The notes under the pieces: model-generated
What the model saw: only the letters and a program-made list of their open reading frames with translations
What the model was told of the DNA's origin: nothing
The model's database searches: none
Shown: positions 1 through 13,481 of the stretch, one piece after another
Numbering within the stretch: position 1 is the stretch's first letter
How the letters are laid out: the number at the start of each line of letters is the position of its first letter
NCBI GenBank assembly: GCA_964443145.1
Contig: CAYUBS010000002.1
Coordinates: 10,440 to 74,439 of the forward strand
Reading direction: 5' to 3'
Source of the DNA: an uncultured Wenzhouxiangellaceae bacterium
Lineage (GTDB): Bacteria; Pseudomonadota; Gammaproteobacteria; Xanthomonadales; SZUA-36
Length of the DNA: 64,000 nucleotides
Position numbers and translations under genes: made by a program

Positions 1-10
1 CTGTAGTTAC

Positions 11-1066
11 TCATTTGGATTCTGATATGGTGACGAGACCTGTGGTTACAAGTTCCCGCAACACACAGGTTGCGTATCCCCCTGGCGGCAACTCGAATTT
101 CAATTCCAGGTCACGACCATCCCGCTCCCACTCCATGCCTGCAGGCAACATCCGAAGGCTGCGTCGCGCAGCCTTGACCCGCGCATTGGCCAGACGTTCG
201 ATCAATTCCTTGTGTGGTTGCAACACGGCTGTTTCAATCTCAGCGCAGGTCCCGGCCACCAGGTCCGATCCATCACCCGGCAGAGGACCGCTGGGGTGGA
301 TGTCAAACTCGGCGCACCTGGTCTCGAGATTAGCGTCAGGCACATTACAGAAAAAGGAAGAATGGCTACCGTCCAGCATGGCGACCTCACCGTCCACAAT
401 CCGGTTCCAGTTCCCCAGCTCAACCCGGCTCGACAAAACGCCGTTGAACAGGAAGCTTCGGACCGCTGAAATATAGATGCTCTTCTTATTGCGCGGAAGG
501 CGTCCGCCGTGCTGCAGCCAACGGGCTCCCTGGAAGACATTTCTGCCGCCGTGCCCAAACCTCTGCAAACCAAAGTAATTGGGCACCCCCTGATCCGCGA
601 CCTGCTGCAATCGATCCTCCAGGTCATCCAGCGACCCTTCCAGCTTGCGCACGACAATGACAAAGCGGTTTCCCCGAAGTGTGCCACGCTTCAACTTCCT
701 GTTATGCAAACAGGCCTGGAGAACCCTGGCATCGGGGATTTCCCAATCGTTCCAGGCATCGTTCCCGGCCTCCTGCAAACCGATGGAAAACCATTGGCGG
801 GTCACCCCGCGCCGGTCTTTCATTCCGGCGTAACCAACATCACGGCCCGGCACGCCGGCCAGTGATGCGAGCTGTTTGGCAATCCAGTCGGTATTGGCGT
901 TACGCTTTTCAATTTCCAGCCAGAGATGATTACCTTCCCCCGACAGGGTAATGAGAGGAATTTCCTCTACCTGAAAATCTTCAACTTCTGCCCGGATCAT
1001 ACCGCTGGCAGCAGGCGTACCCAAAACCCGGTTCCAGTCCGGTAAGGCGTAAAGGGACGGTTCCAT
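11..1066 (-). CDS. truD: tRNA pseudouridine(13) synthase TruD
   Basis: 351-aa ORF with TruD-family features along its length (FQVEEIP..GEGNHLWL, GMKDRRGVTRQWFS, RFGHGGRN). It lies directly downstream of ispF, the conserved gamma-proteobacterial ispD-ispF-truD order. Confidence 0.9.
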   Translation of the reverse strand: MEPSLYALPDWNRVLGTPAASGMIRAEVEDFQVEEIPLITLSGEGNHLWLEIEKRNANTDWIAKQLASLAGVPGRDVGYAGMKDRRGVTRQWFSIGLQEAGNDAWNDWEIPDARVLQACLHNRKLKRGTLRGNRFVIVVRKLEGSLDDLEDRLQQVADQGVPNYFGLQRFGHGGRNVFQGARWLQHGGRLPRNKKSIYISAVRSFLFNGVLSSRVELGNWNRIVDGEVAMLDGSHSSFFCNVPDANLETRCAEFDIHPSGPLPGDGSDLVAGTCAEIETAVLQPHKELIERLANARVKAARRSLRMLPAGMEWERDGRDLELKFELPPGGYATCVLRELVTTGLVTISESK

Positions 1067-1546
1067 TCAGTCGCGGGCCAGAAGCACAACAGCGAGCGCG
1101 GCAATACCTTCACCACGGCCACAGAAGCCGAGTTTCTCGGTGGTGGTCGCCTTGACCGAGACCCGGTCTGGCGTTGTTTCAAGCACCTGGGCGATAAGCT
1201 CTCGCATCAAAGGCACATGAGGGCCTATACGGGGTTCTTCGCAGGCAATGGTGATGTCCAGGTTAACGACATACCAACCCTCGTTACCGAGCATCTCGCG
1301 AACACTGCCAAGCAACACCCGGCTATCTGCGTCGCGCCATTGTTCATCGCCAGGCGGAAAATGCTGACCAATGTCACCCAGAGCCAGCGCCCCCAGAAGC
1401 GCGTCGCACAGCGCGTGCAAGGCCACGTCACCATCGGAATGAGCAGCCAGCGCTTTGCTATGCGGAATGCGTACACCACCCAGCATCACGTGGTCGCCAT
1501 CGGCGAAGGCATGCACATCCAGTCCCTGCCCTATGCGTTGCTCCAT
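1067..1546 (-). CDS. ispF: 2-C-methyl-D-erythritol 2,4-cyclodiphosphate synthase
   Basis: 159-aa ORF with an IspF signature ([30 protein letters not shown]). It abuts truD and ispD. Confidence 0.95.
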   Translation of the reverse strand: MEQRIGQGLDVHAFADGDHVMLGGVRIPHSKALAAHSDGDVALHALCDALLGALALGDIGQHFPPGDEQWRDADSRVLLGSVREMLGNEGWYVVNLDITIACEEPRIGPHVPLMRELIAQVLETTPDRVSVKATTTEKLGFCGRGEGIAALAVVLLARD

Positions 1547-1549
1547 GTG

Positions 1550-2257
1550 TTACTCCCGCACTGCCTGTTGTTGCAATATGAACTCAGCCAGCGCCAGGTC
1601 TTCGGCCCCGGTTATCTTGATGTTGGTAGAGGAGCCCTTCACCAGCAAGGGATGAAAGCCCCCCCGTTCGATGGCCGCAGCTTCATCGGTGGGCTCAACT
1701 CCGTCGTCCAACGCGTCAGTCAGCTGTTGCCGCAGCAAGCGAAAGGGGAATAATTGCGGCGTCTGTGCAGCCCAGTAACGGGAACGATCAATGGTCCGCT
1801 CAATTCGGGCCGAATCATCTGCCAGCTTCAGCGTGTCACTGACCGGTATGGCCAGAATGGCACCGGCATCACTTTCCAGACCCTCTTCCAGCAAACGGTC
1901 CAGGTCGGCCGATGATAGGCAAGGCCGTGCGGCATCATGCACCAGGATCCATTCACAATCCGGGTACTGGCCGGCAATGAAATTCAGGCCATTCATCACG
2001 GTCCGGGCACGACTGCTACCGCCCGTCACGGTTTCCACCGCTGGAAATAATGGCTGCACCAGCTGCTCAAAAACTCCATCATCCGGAGCAAGCGCCACTG
2101 TGACCGACTCAATGGCAGCATGCGCCATTACGGCTTCAATACTGTGCGCCATCACCGGCAATCCCATCAGGTGGGAGTATTGCTTCGGGGTGGTTCCGCC
2201 AAAGCGAACACTTCGACCCGCAGCGGGAATCAGAGCGTGAACCCGGGGAGCAGTCAC
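1550..2257 (-). CDS. ispD: 2-C-methyl-D-erythritol 4-phosphate cytidylyltransferase
   Basis: 235-aa ORF. The N-terminal LIPAAGRSVRFG...PKQY motif is typical of IspD. It overlaps the ftsB stop by 4 nt. Confidence 0.93.
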   Translation of the reverse strand: MTAPRVHALIPAAGRSVRFGGTTPKQYSHLMGLPVMAHSIEAVMAHAAIESVTVALAPDDGVFEQLVQPLFPAVETVTGGSSRARTVMNGLNFIAGQYPDCEWILVHDAARPCLSSADLDRLLEEGLESDAGAILAIPVSDTLKLADDSARIERTIDRSRYWAAQTPQLFPFRLLRQQLTDALDDGVEPTDEAAAIERGGFHPLLVKGSSTNIKITGAEDLALAEFILQQQAVRE

Positions 2258-2552
2258 TCCCGGTCTTCTTCCGGCTTCACTTCGCCGGGCACGACCTGGT
2301 AAAACTCTTCGTTTTCCTTGACCATGCCCAACTCGCTGCGCGCGCGCTCTTCAACCGCTTGCAGGCCTTGTCGCAGATCCTCGACTTCAGCGTGTAGTTC
2401 ACGGTTTCGCTGGGCCAGGGTTTCATTCTCCGTGGCCTGCTGTTCGACCCGCAGTGTGAGCCGTTTCACGTCGCGATAGCCCCCCTCGCCGAACCATAAC
2501 TTGACCTGCAGTGCGATCAGCACCAGCAGCAATATGGCCAGCAGAGAGCGCA

Positions 2553-2553
<1 letters not shown>
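2254..2553 (-). CDS. ftsB: Cell division protein FtsB
   Basis: 99-aa ORF with one N-terminal TM helix followed by a leucine-zipper-like coiled coil (NETLAQRNRELHAEVEDL). It occupies the conserved position between eno and ispD. Confidence 0.88.
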
Positions 2554-4699
<2,146 letters not shown>

Positions 4700-4701
4700 A
4701 A

Positions 4702-6384
<1,683 letters not shown>

Positions 6385-6515
6385 TTATCGTCGAATTATC
6401 GAGGAAGTTCTGGAAGCACATTGTACGGTATGCAGAAGCTACTTGAAAACCGTTGGTAAACAGGTGAACATCCTTTTCGCCACATAAGAGCTATGGAACC
6501 CGAAACAAGAAGGCG

Positions 6516-8399
6516 ATGAGCAGCAAATACCGCGCAGAAGATATTGAAGTCCTGACAGGGCTGGAACCGGTCAGGAGACGGCCGGGGATGTATACCGATA
6601 CAGCCCGGCCGAACCACCTTGCGATGGAAGTCATCGACAACAGCGTGGACGAAGCGCTGGCCGGTCACGCCAGTCAGATTAACGTCACGATGTACGAAGA
6701 CGGCTCTGTCGAAGTCAGCGATGACGGACGCGGGATGCCGGTGGACCTTCATCCGGAGCAAAACATGCCCGGGGTGGAACTCATCCTCACCAAGCTCCAT
6801 GCCGGCGGTAAATTCTCTGATCAGAATTACCAGTTCGCGGGTGGCCTGCACGGTGTGGGCGTATCGGTCGTTAACGCACTTTCCTCCAGGCTCAAAATCT
6901 GGATTAAGCGGGACGGCGCCGAGCACTACATGGCTTTCGCTAACGGCGACAAAAAGTCTGAACTCAAAGAAGTGGGAACCGTCGGCCAGCGCAACACGGG
7001 AACACGCATCCGTTTCTGGCCGGACTCATCCTATTTCGATTCCGCCAATTTCTCCCTGAAGCGACTGCGGCATCTGTTGCGGGCCAAGGCAGTGCTGTGC
7101 CCCGGACTGCTGGTCAGCCTGATGGTGGAAAAGACCAATGAAAAAGAAGAATGGTGCTACCAGCAGGGCCTGACCGATTACCTGCAAACCGAACTCGAAG
7201 GCTATACCTGCCTGCCCGAGCAGCCTTTTTGCGGTGAACTTAAGGGCACGGACTCCCAGATCAGCTGGGCCCTGAGCTGGCTGCCCGAGGGCGGCCAATT
7301 GCAGGAAAGCTATGTCAACCTGATTCCGACCGTGCAAGGCGGGACCCATGTGAATGGCCTGCGCACCGGCCTGGTCGATGCACTGCGGGAGTTTTGCGAG
7401 CACCACAACCTGCTGCCCCGCGGCCTGCGTCTGACACCGGACGATATCTGGGAAAAAATCAGTTATATCCTCTCGGTCAAGCTGGCCGACCCCCAGTTCA
7501 GTGGTCAGACCAAAGAGCGGCTTTCCTCACGGGCCTGTGTGGCCTTCGTTTCAGGAGTGATCAAGGATGCGTTCAGCCTGTGGCTGAACCAGAACGTTGC
7601 CGACGGCGAAGCCATTGCGCAACTGGCTATCGACAGCGCCCAGAAGCGGATGAAATCCGCCAGAAAAGTTGTCCGCAAGAAAATAACCCAGGGGCCGGCC
7701 CTGCCCGGCAAGCTCGCTGACTGCACCTCGCAGGACCTCGCCTGGACCGAACTGTTCCTGGTCGAGGGCGACTCCGCCGGCGGCTCAGCCAAGCAGGCCC
7801 GGACCCGCGAATACCAGGCGATACTTCCGCTGCGCGGCAAAATACTGAACACCTGGGAAGTCGAATCTGACTCGGTTCTGAGTAACCAGGAAGTGCACGA
7901 CATCTCCGTTGCAATCGGGGTCGATCCGGGGACGAACGAGATCTCCGGCCTGCGCTACGGTAAAGTCATCATCCTGGCAGACGCCGATTCAGACGGGCTG
8001 CACATTGCCACACTGCTCGCTGCCTTGTTCCTGAAACACTTCACGGCGCTGGTCGAAACCGGGCATATCTTCGTGGCCATGCCACCGCTTTACCGGATCG
8101 ACGTGGGTAAAGAGACGTTCTACGCACTCGATGACGAGGAGCGAAAAGGCGTTTACGAGCGCATCGCTGCCGAGAAAAAGAAAGGCAAGGTCATGGAAAC
8201 CCGCTTCAAGGGCCTGGGTGAGATGAACCCCCTGCAACTGCGCGAGAGCACGGTTGACCCGGATACCCGCAGGCTGGTGCAGTTGACCGTTGAAAGTCAC
8301 GCTGCGACCAACAAAGTCATGGACATGCTGCTCGGTAAGAAGCGAGCCGCCGACCGCAAGAACTGGCTGGAAGATAAAGGCAATCTCGCCACAGTTTGA
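6516..8399 (+). CDS. parE: DNA topoisomerase IV subunit B
   Basis: 627-aa GyrB/ParE-family ORF (GLEPVRRRPGMY, GGLHGVG, LVEGDSAGG, PLRGKILN). It lacks the roughly 170-aa GyrB insertion, and its length fits ParE. parC lies 1.5 kb downstream. Confidence 0.92.
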   Translation: MSSKYRAEDIEVLTGLEPVRRRPGMYTDTARPNHLAMEVIDNSVDEALAGHASQINVTMYEDGSVEVSDDGRGMPVDLHPEQNMPGVELILTKLHAGGKFSDQNYQFAGGLHGVGVSVVNALSSRLKIWIKRDGAEHYMAFANGDKKSELKEVGTVGQRNTGTRIRFWPDSSYFDSANFSLKRLRHLLRAKAVLCPGLLVSLMVEKTNEKEEWCYQQGLTDYLQTELEGYTCLPEQPFCGELKGTDSQISWALSWLPEGGQLQESYVNLIPTVQGGTHVNGLRTGLVDALREFCEHHNLLPRGLRLTPDDIWEKISYILSVKLADPQFSGQTKERLSSRACVAFVSGVIKDAFSLWLNQNVADGEAIAQLAIDSAQKRMKSARKVVRKKITQGPALPGKLADCTSQDLAWTELFLVEGDSAGGSAKQARTREYQAILPLRGKILNTWEVESDSVLSNQEVHDISVAIGVDPGTNEISGLRYGKVIILADADSDGLHIATLLAALFLKHFTALVETGHIFVAMPPLYRIDVGKETFYALDDEERKGVYERIAAEKKKGKVMETRFKGLGEMNPLQLRESTVDPDTRRLVQLTVESHAATNKVMDMLLGKKRAADRKNWLEDKGNLATV

Positions 8400-8410
8400 G
8401 GAGACAGGAA

Positions 8411-8770
8411 ATGAGCAACCGATCCGATATTGAACAAGCCGTCAGGCTGTATTTTGAAGCCATCAACAGCAATGACGCTTCACTTATCCCCCTCAGTGAG
8501 GACGTGGTAATGCACGGCCCGATGATGCCTGAGCCCGTCAGGGGCGAGGCAGCTGTTCGACAACACATCAGTGACATCGCACCCTTCGTAGCCCGGATGG
8601 ATCCCCGGTTGACCGTGATCGAGGGCGATACCGCGGCCGTCATCATGGAATTTAAAGGACTCTCAGGTGTTGTCATTGAGGGCGCCGAATTCTTCCGGGT
8701 TAAGGATGGCCTGATCTTCAGCGACCAGGTCTTCTTCGATACACGCGCACTGCTCAAGGGAGCAAGCTGA
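8411..8770 (+). CDS. SnoaL-like / NTF2-fold family protein (function unknown)
   Basis: The ORF track starts at 8396, but the ATG at 8411 is preceded by GAGGAGA. The roughly 119-aa product begins with IEQAVRLYFEAINSNDASL, typical of SnoaL/NTF2-like small proteins. It is assigned by fold family only. Confidence 0.6.
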   Translation: MSNRSDIEQAVRLYFEAINSNDASLIPLSEDVVMHGPMMPEPVRGEAAVRQHISDIAPFVARMDPRLTVIEGDTAAVIMEFKGLSGVVIEGAEFFRVKDGLIFSDQVFFDTRALLKGAS

Positions 8771-8787
8771 TCAACCAGTCACTATGG

Positions 8788-9927
8788 TTGCGGGGATTTC
8801 GCCCGTTTTTCCTTGGCGCTTCAATTTTCGCAATGGTGACCATGGCCCTTTGGCTGGCCGTCTACCGCTTCGGATTTGTCATCCAGCTATCCGGTCTTTC
8901 GATGTTCCAATGGCATGCACATGAAATGCTGTATGGCTATGCCATGGCGGTAATCGCCGGTTTTCTACTGACTGCGGCGTGGAACTGGACCGGCCAGGAA
9001 ACCGCCAGCGGAGCCGGACTGGCGATAATTTTCCTGCTCTGGCTACTGGCCCGAATCCTGATGGCCTGCGGCACCGGCGTGCTGGTCTATGCAGCCGCAG
9101 CCGACATGGCGTTTTTGGTTAGCCTGGCATTTGCCGTGGCCAGGCCGATCATCAGGGTCCGCCAGAAGAGACAAGCCCTGGTGCTGCTGCTACTGGCCCT
9201 GTTGACGGCCGCCAATCTGCTGTTCTACCTCGGCGCTACCGGCCTGGTCCCCCATGGCATACAGCTGGGAATCTACGGCGGCCTCTACCTGGTGCTGGGT
9301 ATGGTGTTATTCATGGGTAGGCGGGTCATTCCGTTTTTCACCGAGCGCGGTGTGGGCTACCCGGTTACCCTCAAAAACCCACGCTGGAATGACATCGCGA
9401 CATTGGTGCTTTATCCACTTTTCTTAGTCAGCGAAGTCGCTTTTCCACAACATTTAGCCGGCGCATTGCTGGCCGGCGGCCTGCTGATATCCAATTCCAT
9501 CCGGATCAATGGCTGGCACACGTTGGGTATCTGGCAAAAACCGCTTTTACTGGGTCTTTTTGCGGCCTTCGTGATGATCAACCTCGGGTTTCTACTACGT
9601 GCACTGATGGCAGTGACCGTCATCCCCGACTACCTGCCCATCCACGCTTATGCAGTGGGTGGCATCGGTATGCTTACCGTGAGCATGATGGCGCGGGTAA
9701 CGCTGGGCCACACCGGCAGGGATGTCAACCAGGCACCGCTGGCCATCAAAATTCTGTTGGCCGGCATGGCCCTGTCCGCCGCCGTCCGTATCTTTTTACC
9801 GCTGACTGATGCGGCGAATTACCAACTGTGGATCACCATTGCCGGCATATTGTGGATCCTTACATTCGCCTTGTTTTCCATAATTTTTGTGCCTATGCTG
9901 CTCCGCCCCCGCGTCGATGCCGGTTGA
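8788..9927 (+). CDS. NnrS family membrane protein
   Basis: 379-aa polytopic membrane ORF (about 12 hydrophobic segments by eye). The N-terminal FRPFFLGASIFA and conserved His-containing helices (QWHAHEMLYGY, LGHTGR) are characteristic of NnrS. The apparent start is a TTG. Confidence 0.75.
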   Translation: MRGFRPFFLGASIFAMVTMALWLAVYRFGFVIQLSGLSMFQWHAHEMLYGYAMAVIAGFLLTAAWNWTGQETASGAGLAIIFLLWLLARILMACGTGVLVYAAAADMAFLVSLAFAVARPIIRVRQKRQALVLLLLALLTAANLLFYLGATGLVPHGIQLGIYGGLYLVLGMVLFMGRRVIPFFTERGVGYPVTLKNPRWNDIATLVLYPLFLVSEVAFPQHLAGALLAGGLLISNSIRINGWHTLGIWQKPLLLGLFAAFVMINLGFLLRALMAVTVIPDYLPIHAYAVGGIGMLTVSMMARVTLGHTGRDVNQAPLAIKILLAGMALSAAVRIFLPLTDAANYQLWITIAGILWILTFALFSIIFVPMLLRPRVDAG

Positions 9928-9970
9928 GCCGCAAAAGCTGACACGCACCTACTGAAATCACCGAAAAACC

Positions 9971-12223
9971 ATGACAGACATTACCCAATCATTCTCCGAT
10001 CACGAACGTGTCCCGCTCAAGGATTACGCTGAAAAAGCCTACCTGGATTATTCCATGTACGTGGTGCTCGACCGCGCCCTGCCGCACCTGGGAGATGGCC
10101 TGAAGCCGGTCCAGCGACGCATCATTTATGCAATGAGCGAGTTGGGCCTGAGCGCGAAGTCCAAACCTAAAAAATCGGCCCGGACGGTAGGCGACGTCAT
10201 CGGCAAATTCCATCCGCATGGCGACGCAGCCTGCTACGAAGCGATGGTGCTGATGGCGCAGCCGTTTTCCTTCCGTTATCCGCTGGTCGATGGCCAGGGA
10301 AATTTCGGATCTCCCGACGACCCGAAGTCGTTCGCCGCCATGCGCTACACAGAGTCGCGCCTGACCGCCTACGCGAAGACACTGCTGGCTGAACTGGGCA
10401 ACGGTACGGTTGACTGGGGCCCCAACTTCGACGGCACATTGAAAGAACCGCTGATGCTGCCGGCGCGGCTGCCCAATGTGCTGCTCAATGGCAGCACCGG
10501 CATTGCTGTGGGCATGTCCACGGACATACCGCCGCACAACCTGCGTGAGGTCGTTTCAGCCTGCATACGCTTGCTGGATGAACCCAAGGCCACCGTTGCC
10601 GAACTCTGTGAGCACGTGAAAGGGCCGGACTACCCGACCAACGCCGAAATCATCAGCCCAACCGAAGACCTGCTGCAGATGTACGAAACCGGCACCGGTT
10701 CGGTGAAGATGCGCGCGATCTGGGAAAAGGAGAACGGCGAGGTTGTCGTCACCGCCCTGCCTCACCAGGTGTCGCCAGCCAAGGTACTGGAGCAGATTGC
10801 AGCGCAAATGCAAGCCAAGAAGCTGCCGATGGTAGAAGACCTGCGGGATGAATCGGACCATGAAAATCCGACCCGACTGGTCATCGTGCCGCGTTCCAAC
10901 CGCGTGGACCTGGTGCAATTGATGAACCACCTTTTCGCGACCACCGACCTGCAACGCAACTACCGCGCCAACCTGAACATCATCGGCATCGGCGGCAAAC
11001 CACAGATTCTCAACCTGCGCGAACTGCTGAAACAATGGCTGTCGTTTCGCATGGATACGGTCACCCGGCGCCTCAATTTCCGCCTGGACCAGGTCGTCGA
11101 CCGCCTGCATGTGCTTGAGGGCCTGTTGGTCGCCTACCTCAACATCGACGAGGTGATCTACATTATCCGGCACGAAGACAAGCCCAAGCCGGTTCTGATG
11201 AAGCATTTTGACCTGACTGGCACACAGGCCGAGTCCATCCTCGACCTGAAGCTGCGCAACCTGGCCAAGCTCGAAGAAATGAAGATCCGGGACGAGCAGG
11301 ATGCCTTGTCCGATGAACGCGACGGGCTGGAGAAAATACTTGGATCGAAAGCGCGGCTAAAGACGATGATCAAGAAAGAACTGCTGGACGATGCGGAAAA
11401 ACACGGCGACGACCGCCGTTCCGTGCTGGTGGAAAGGGACGCGGCCCAGGCGCTGCGGCAGGAAGACCTCGTGCCTTCCGAACCGGTCACCATCGTTCTG
11501 TCACAATCAGGATGGGTACGCTCTGCCAAGGGACACGAAATTGACCCTGCGTCGCTCAACTACAGGGCCGGCGACGAATTTCAGCACGCGGCACTGGGCC
11601 GCAGCAACGAACAGGCGGTGTTTCTCGACTCACGCGGGCGGGCCTATTCACTGTCTGCCCACACCCTGCCATCAGCGCGCAGCCAGGGAGAACCACTGAC
11701 CAGCCGCTTCACGCTGCCGGTAGGTGAAAACTTCATGTACACGCTGGCGGGCAGTGCGGGGCAGAAGATCGTGCTGGCATCGTCATTCGGCTACGGCTTT
11801 GTGACCGACCTGGGCAATTTGCACAGCCGCATGAAGGCCGGTAAGGCTGCCTTGTCCGTCCCGGCCGGCGCACAACCAGTAATGCCGGCGTACTACGACC
11901 CGGCAGCTTCAAATACCATCATCTGTGCCACCTCCGATGGTTACCTGCTGGCCTTCCCGATCGAGGAGGTACCCGAGCTTTCACGCGGCAAGGGCAATAA
12001 GCTGATCAACATTCCACCCAAACGTCTTAAGGCCGGTGAGGAGTTCATGGTGGGTCTGGCTGTGATGGCCGATAAACAGGAAATCCTGGTCTGGGCCGGG
12101 CAACGTTATCTGCGCATGAGCGCCAGGGATATCGAACACTTCAAGGGTGACCGGGCGCATCGCGGCCGTAAGCTGCCTCGCGGATTCCAGCGGGTTACCA
12201 ACATCGAGGTGGCCGCGGACTAA
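9971..12223 (+). CDS. parC: DNA topoisomerase IV subunit A
   Basis: 750-aa GyrA/ParC-family ORF ([33 protein letters not shown] active-site Tyr region). Its length and pairing with parE indicate ParC. Confidence 0.93.
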   Translation: MTDITQSFSDHERVPLKDYAEKAYLDYSMYVVLDRALPHLGDGLKPVQRRIIYAMSELGLSAKSKPKKSARTVGDVIGKFHPHGDAACYEAMVLMAQPFSFRYPLVDGQGNFGSPDDPKSFAAMRYTESRLTAYAKTLLAELGNGTVDWGPNFDGTLKEPLMLPARLPNVLLNGSTGIAVGMSTDIPPHNLREVVSACIRLLDEPKATVAELCEHVKGPDYPTNAEIISPTEDLLQMYETGTGSVKMRAIWEKENGEVVVTALPHQVSPAKVLEQIAAQMQAKKLPMVEDLRDESDHENPTRLVIVPRSNRVDLVQLMNHLFATTDLQRNYRANLNIIGIGGKPQILNLRELLKQWLSFRMDTVTRRLNFRLDQVVDRLHVLEGLLVAYLNIDEVIYIIRHEDKPKPVLMKHFDLTGTQAESILDLKLRNLAKLEEMKIRDEQDALSDERDGLEKILGSKARLKTMIKKELLDDAEKHGDDRRSVLVERDAAQALRQEDLVPSEPVTIVLSQSGWVRSAKGHEIDPASLNYRAGDEFQHAALGRSNEQAVFLDSRGRAYSLSAHTLPSARSQGEPLTSRFTLPVGENFMYTLAGSAGQKIVLASSFGYGFVTDLGNLHSRMKAGKAALSVPAGAQPVMPAYYDPAASNTIICATSDGYLLAFPIEEVPELSRGKGNKLINIPPKRLKAGEEFMVGLAVMADKQEILVWAGQRYLRMSARDIEHFKGDRAHRGRKLPRGFQRVTNIEVAAD

Positions 12224-12228
12224 AACCC

Positions 12229-12258
12229 GGGTTTAGTTGAACCGGGGTTTAGTTGAAC
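12229..12258. repeat. Tandem direct duplication of GGGTTTAGTTGAAC (period 16 nt) spanning the sufS stop codon
   Basis: Read directly: GGGTTTAGTTGAAC occurs at 12229-12242 and again at 12245-12258. The second copy contains the sufS C-terminal codons and stop (reverse complement GTTCAACTAA). Confidence 0.85.
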
Positions 12259-13481
12259 ATTTCCCGCACGCTGTGCAGCGCTGTGATCAGGGCATCCACC
12301 TCCTGCTCGGTGTTGTACAGGCCGAATGAGACACGGGCAGTAGCCGGCACGTTGAAGAACTGCATGACCGGCATAGCGCAATGGTGACCGGTGCGCATGG
12401 CAATACCGTGGTGATCAATGACCGTGCCCAGATCGTGGGGGTGAATATCGCCGAGCGTGAAGCTGATCGCTCCGGCTTTTTCTTTCGCGGTGCCGATGAT
12501 GCGCAAATCTTCAATTTCAGATAACTTGCGCGTCGCATACTGGAGTACCCGCTGCTCGTGGGCCGCCACCTCGCGCATGTCGAATTGCGATAAATAATCA
12601 ATCGCCGCGCTGAGCCCAACGCCCCCTGCGATGTGCGGTGTTCCTGCTTCAAACTTGGACGGCAGATCGTTCCAGGTGGTTTTCTCAAACGTCACCCTGC
12701 GGATCATTTCGCCTCCTCCCTGCCAGGGTGGCATGGCGTCCAGGGTCGCTTCGGGGGCCCACAAAGCGCCGATGCCGGTCGGCCCGTACATTTTATGGGC
12801 TGACAGGCAGTAAAACGTGCACCCCAGGGCCTGTACATCAACACGCGAATGCGGCATGGCTTGCGCACCATCCACCAGCACCGGAATACCATGGGCACTT
12901 GCCAGTTGGCACACTTCTGCTACCGGGTTTACCGTGCCCAGAGCATTGGAAATATGGACGATCCCGAGCAGCTTCACACGCTCGGAAAGCATGCTTTTCA
13001 GCTCGTCCATTTTCAATTCTCCGCGCTCGTTTATGGGCACGACTTTCAGACTGGCACCTGTCTGCTCGCATAACATCTGCCACGGCACGATGTTCGCGTG
13101 GTGCTCCATGTGGGTCACCAGTATTTCATCGCCGGGCTGCAGTTTTGGCCGCAAGTAACTATTGGCCACCAGGTTGATGGACTCAGTGGTACCCCGCGTA
13201 AAAATCACCTCTCTTTCCGAGGCCGCATTGATGTATGCAGCCAGCTTACGGCGTCCGGCTTCATAGAGCTCGGTCGCTTCCTGGCTCAGTGTATGCACGC
13301 CACGGTGAACGTTGGCGTTGTGCCGGCGGTAAAAGTCATCAACCGCATCAATGACTACAGCAGGCCGTTGCGACGATGAAGCCGTGTCGAAATAGATCAG
13401 CGGCTTGCCGTGTATTTTCCGTTCCAGGATAGGAAAATCCGCCCGCACCCGGTTGACGTCAAACGGCTGATACTCAGGCAC
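12249..13481 (-). CDS. sufS: Cysteine desulfurase SufS
   Basis: Class-V aminotransferase with SufS motifs (VRADFPIL, HRGVH, SAHKMYGPTGIG, RTGHHCA). The ORF track extends to 13577 and overlaps sufD by 104 nt. The GTG at 13481 is preceded by GGAGA (6-nt spacer) and gives a 410-aa product, overlapping the sufD stop by 8 nt. The start remains uncertain; an alternative ATG lies at 13511. Confidence 0.9.
   Translation of the reverse strand: MPEYQPFDVNRVRADFPILERKIHGKPLIYFDTASSSQRPAVVIDAVDDFYRRHNANVHRGVHTLSQEATELYEAGRRKLAAYINAASEREVIFTRGTTESINLVANSYLRPKLQPGDEILVTHMEHHANIVPWQMLCEQTGASLKVVPINERGELKMDELKSMLSERVKLLGIVHISNALGTVNPVAEVCQLASAHGIPVLVDGAQAMPHSRVDVQALGCTFYCLSAHKMYGPTGIGALWAPEATLDAMPPWQGGGEMIRRVTFEKTTWNDLPSKFEAGTPHIAGGVGLSAAIDYLSQFDMREVAAHEQRVLQYATRKLSEIEDLRIIGTAKEKAGAISFTLGDIHPHDLGTVIDHHGIAMRTGHHCAMPVMQFFNVPATARVSFGLYNTEQEVDALITALHSVREMFN

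Noticed and set aside
6396-6926. 176-aa minus-strand ORF overlapping the parE 5' end and the pyrG-parE spacer
   Set aside because: It is antisense to a confidently identified parE. Its composition is typical of GC3-driven shadow ORFs (Arg/Pro/Gly/Val-rich) and it has no recognisable motif or RBS.
12222-12234. AAACCCGGGTTT palindrome as a bidirectional rho-independent terminator for parC and sufS
   Set aside because: The stem would be only about 4 bp once a loop is allowed, and there is no U-tract on either strand. It is too weak to call a terminator.
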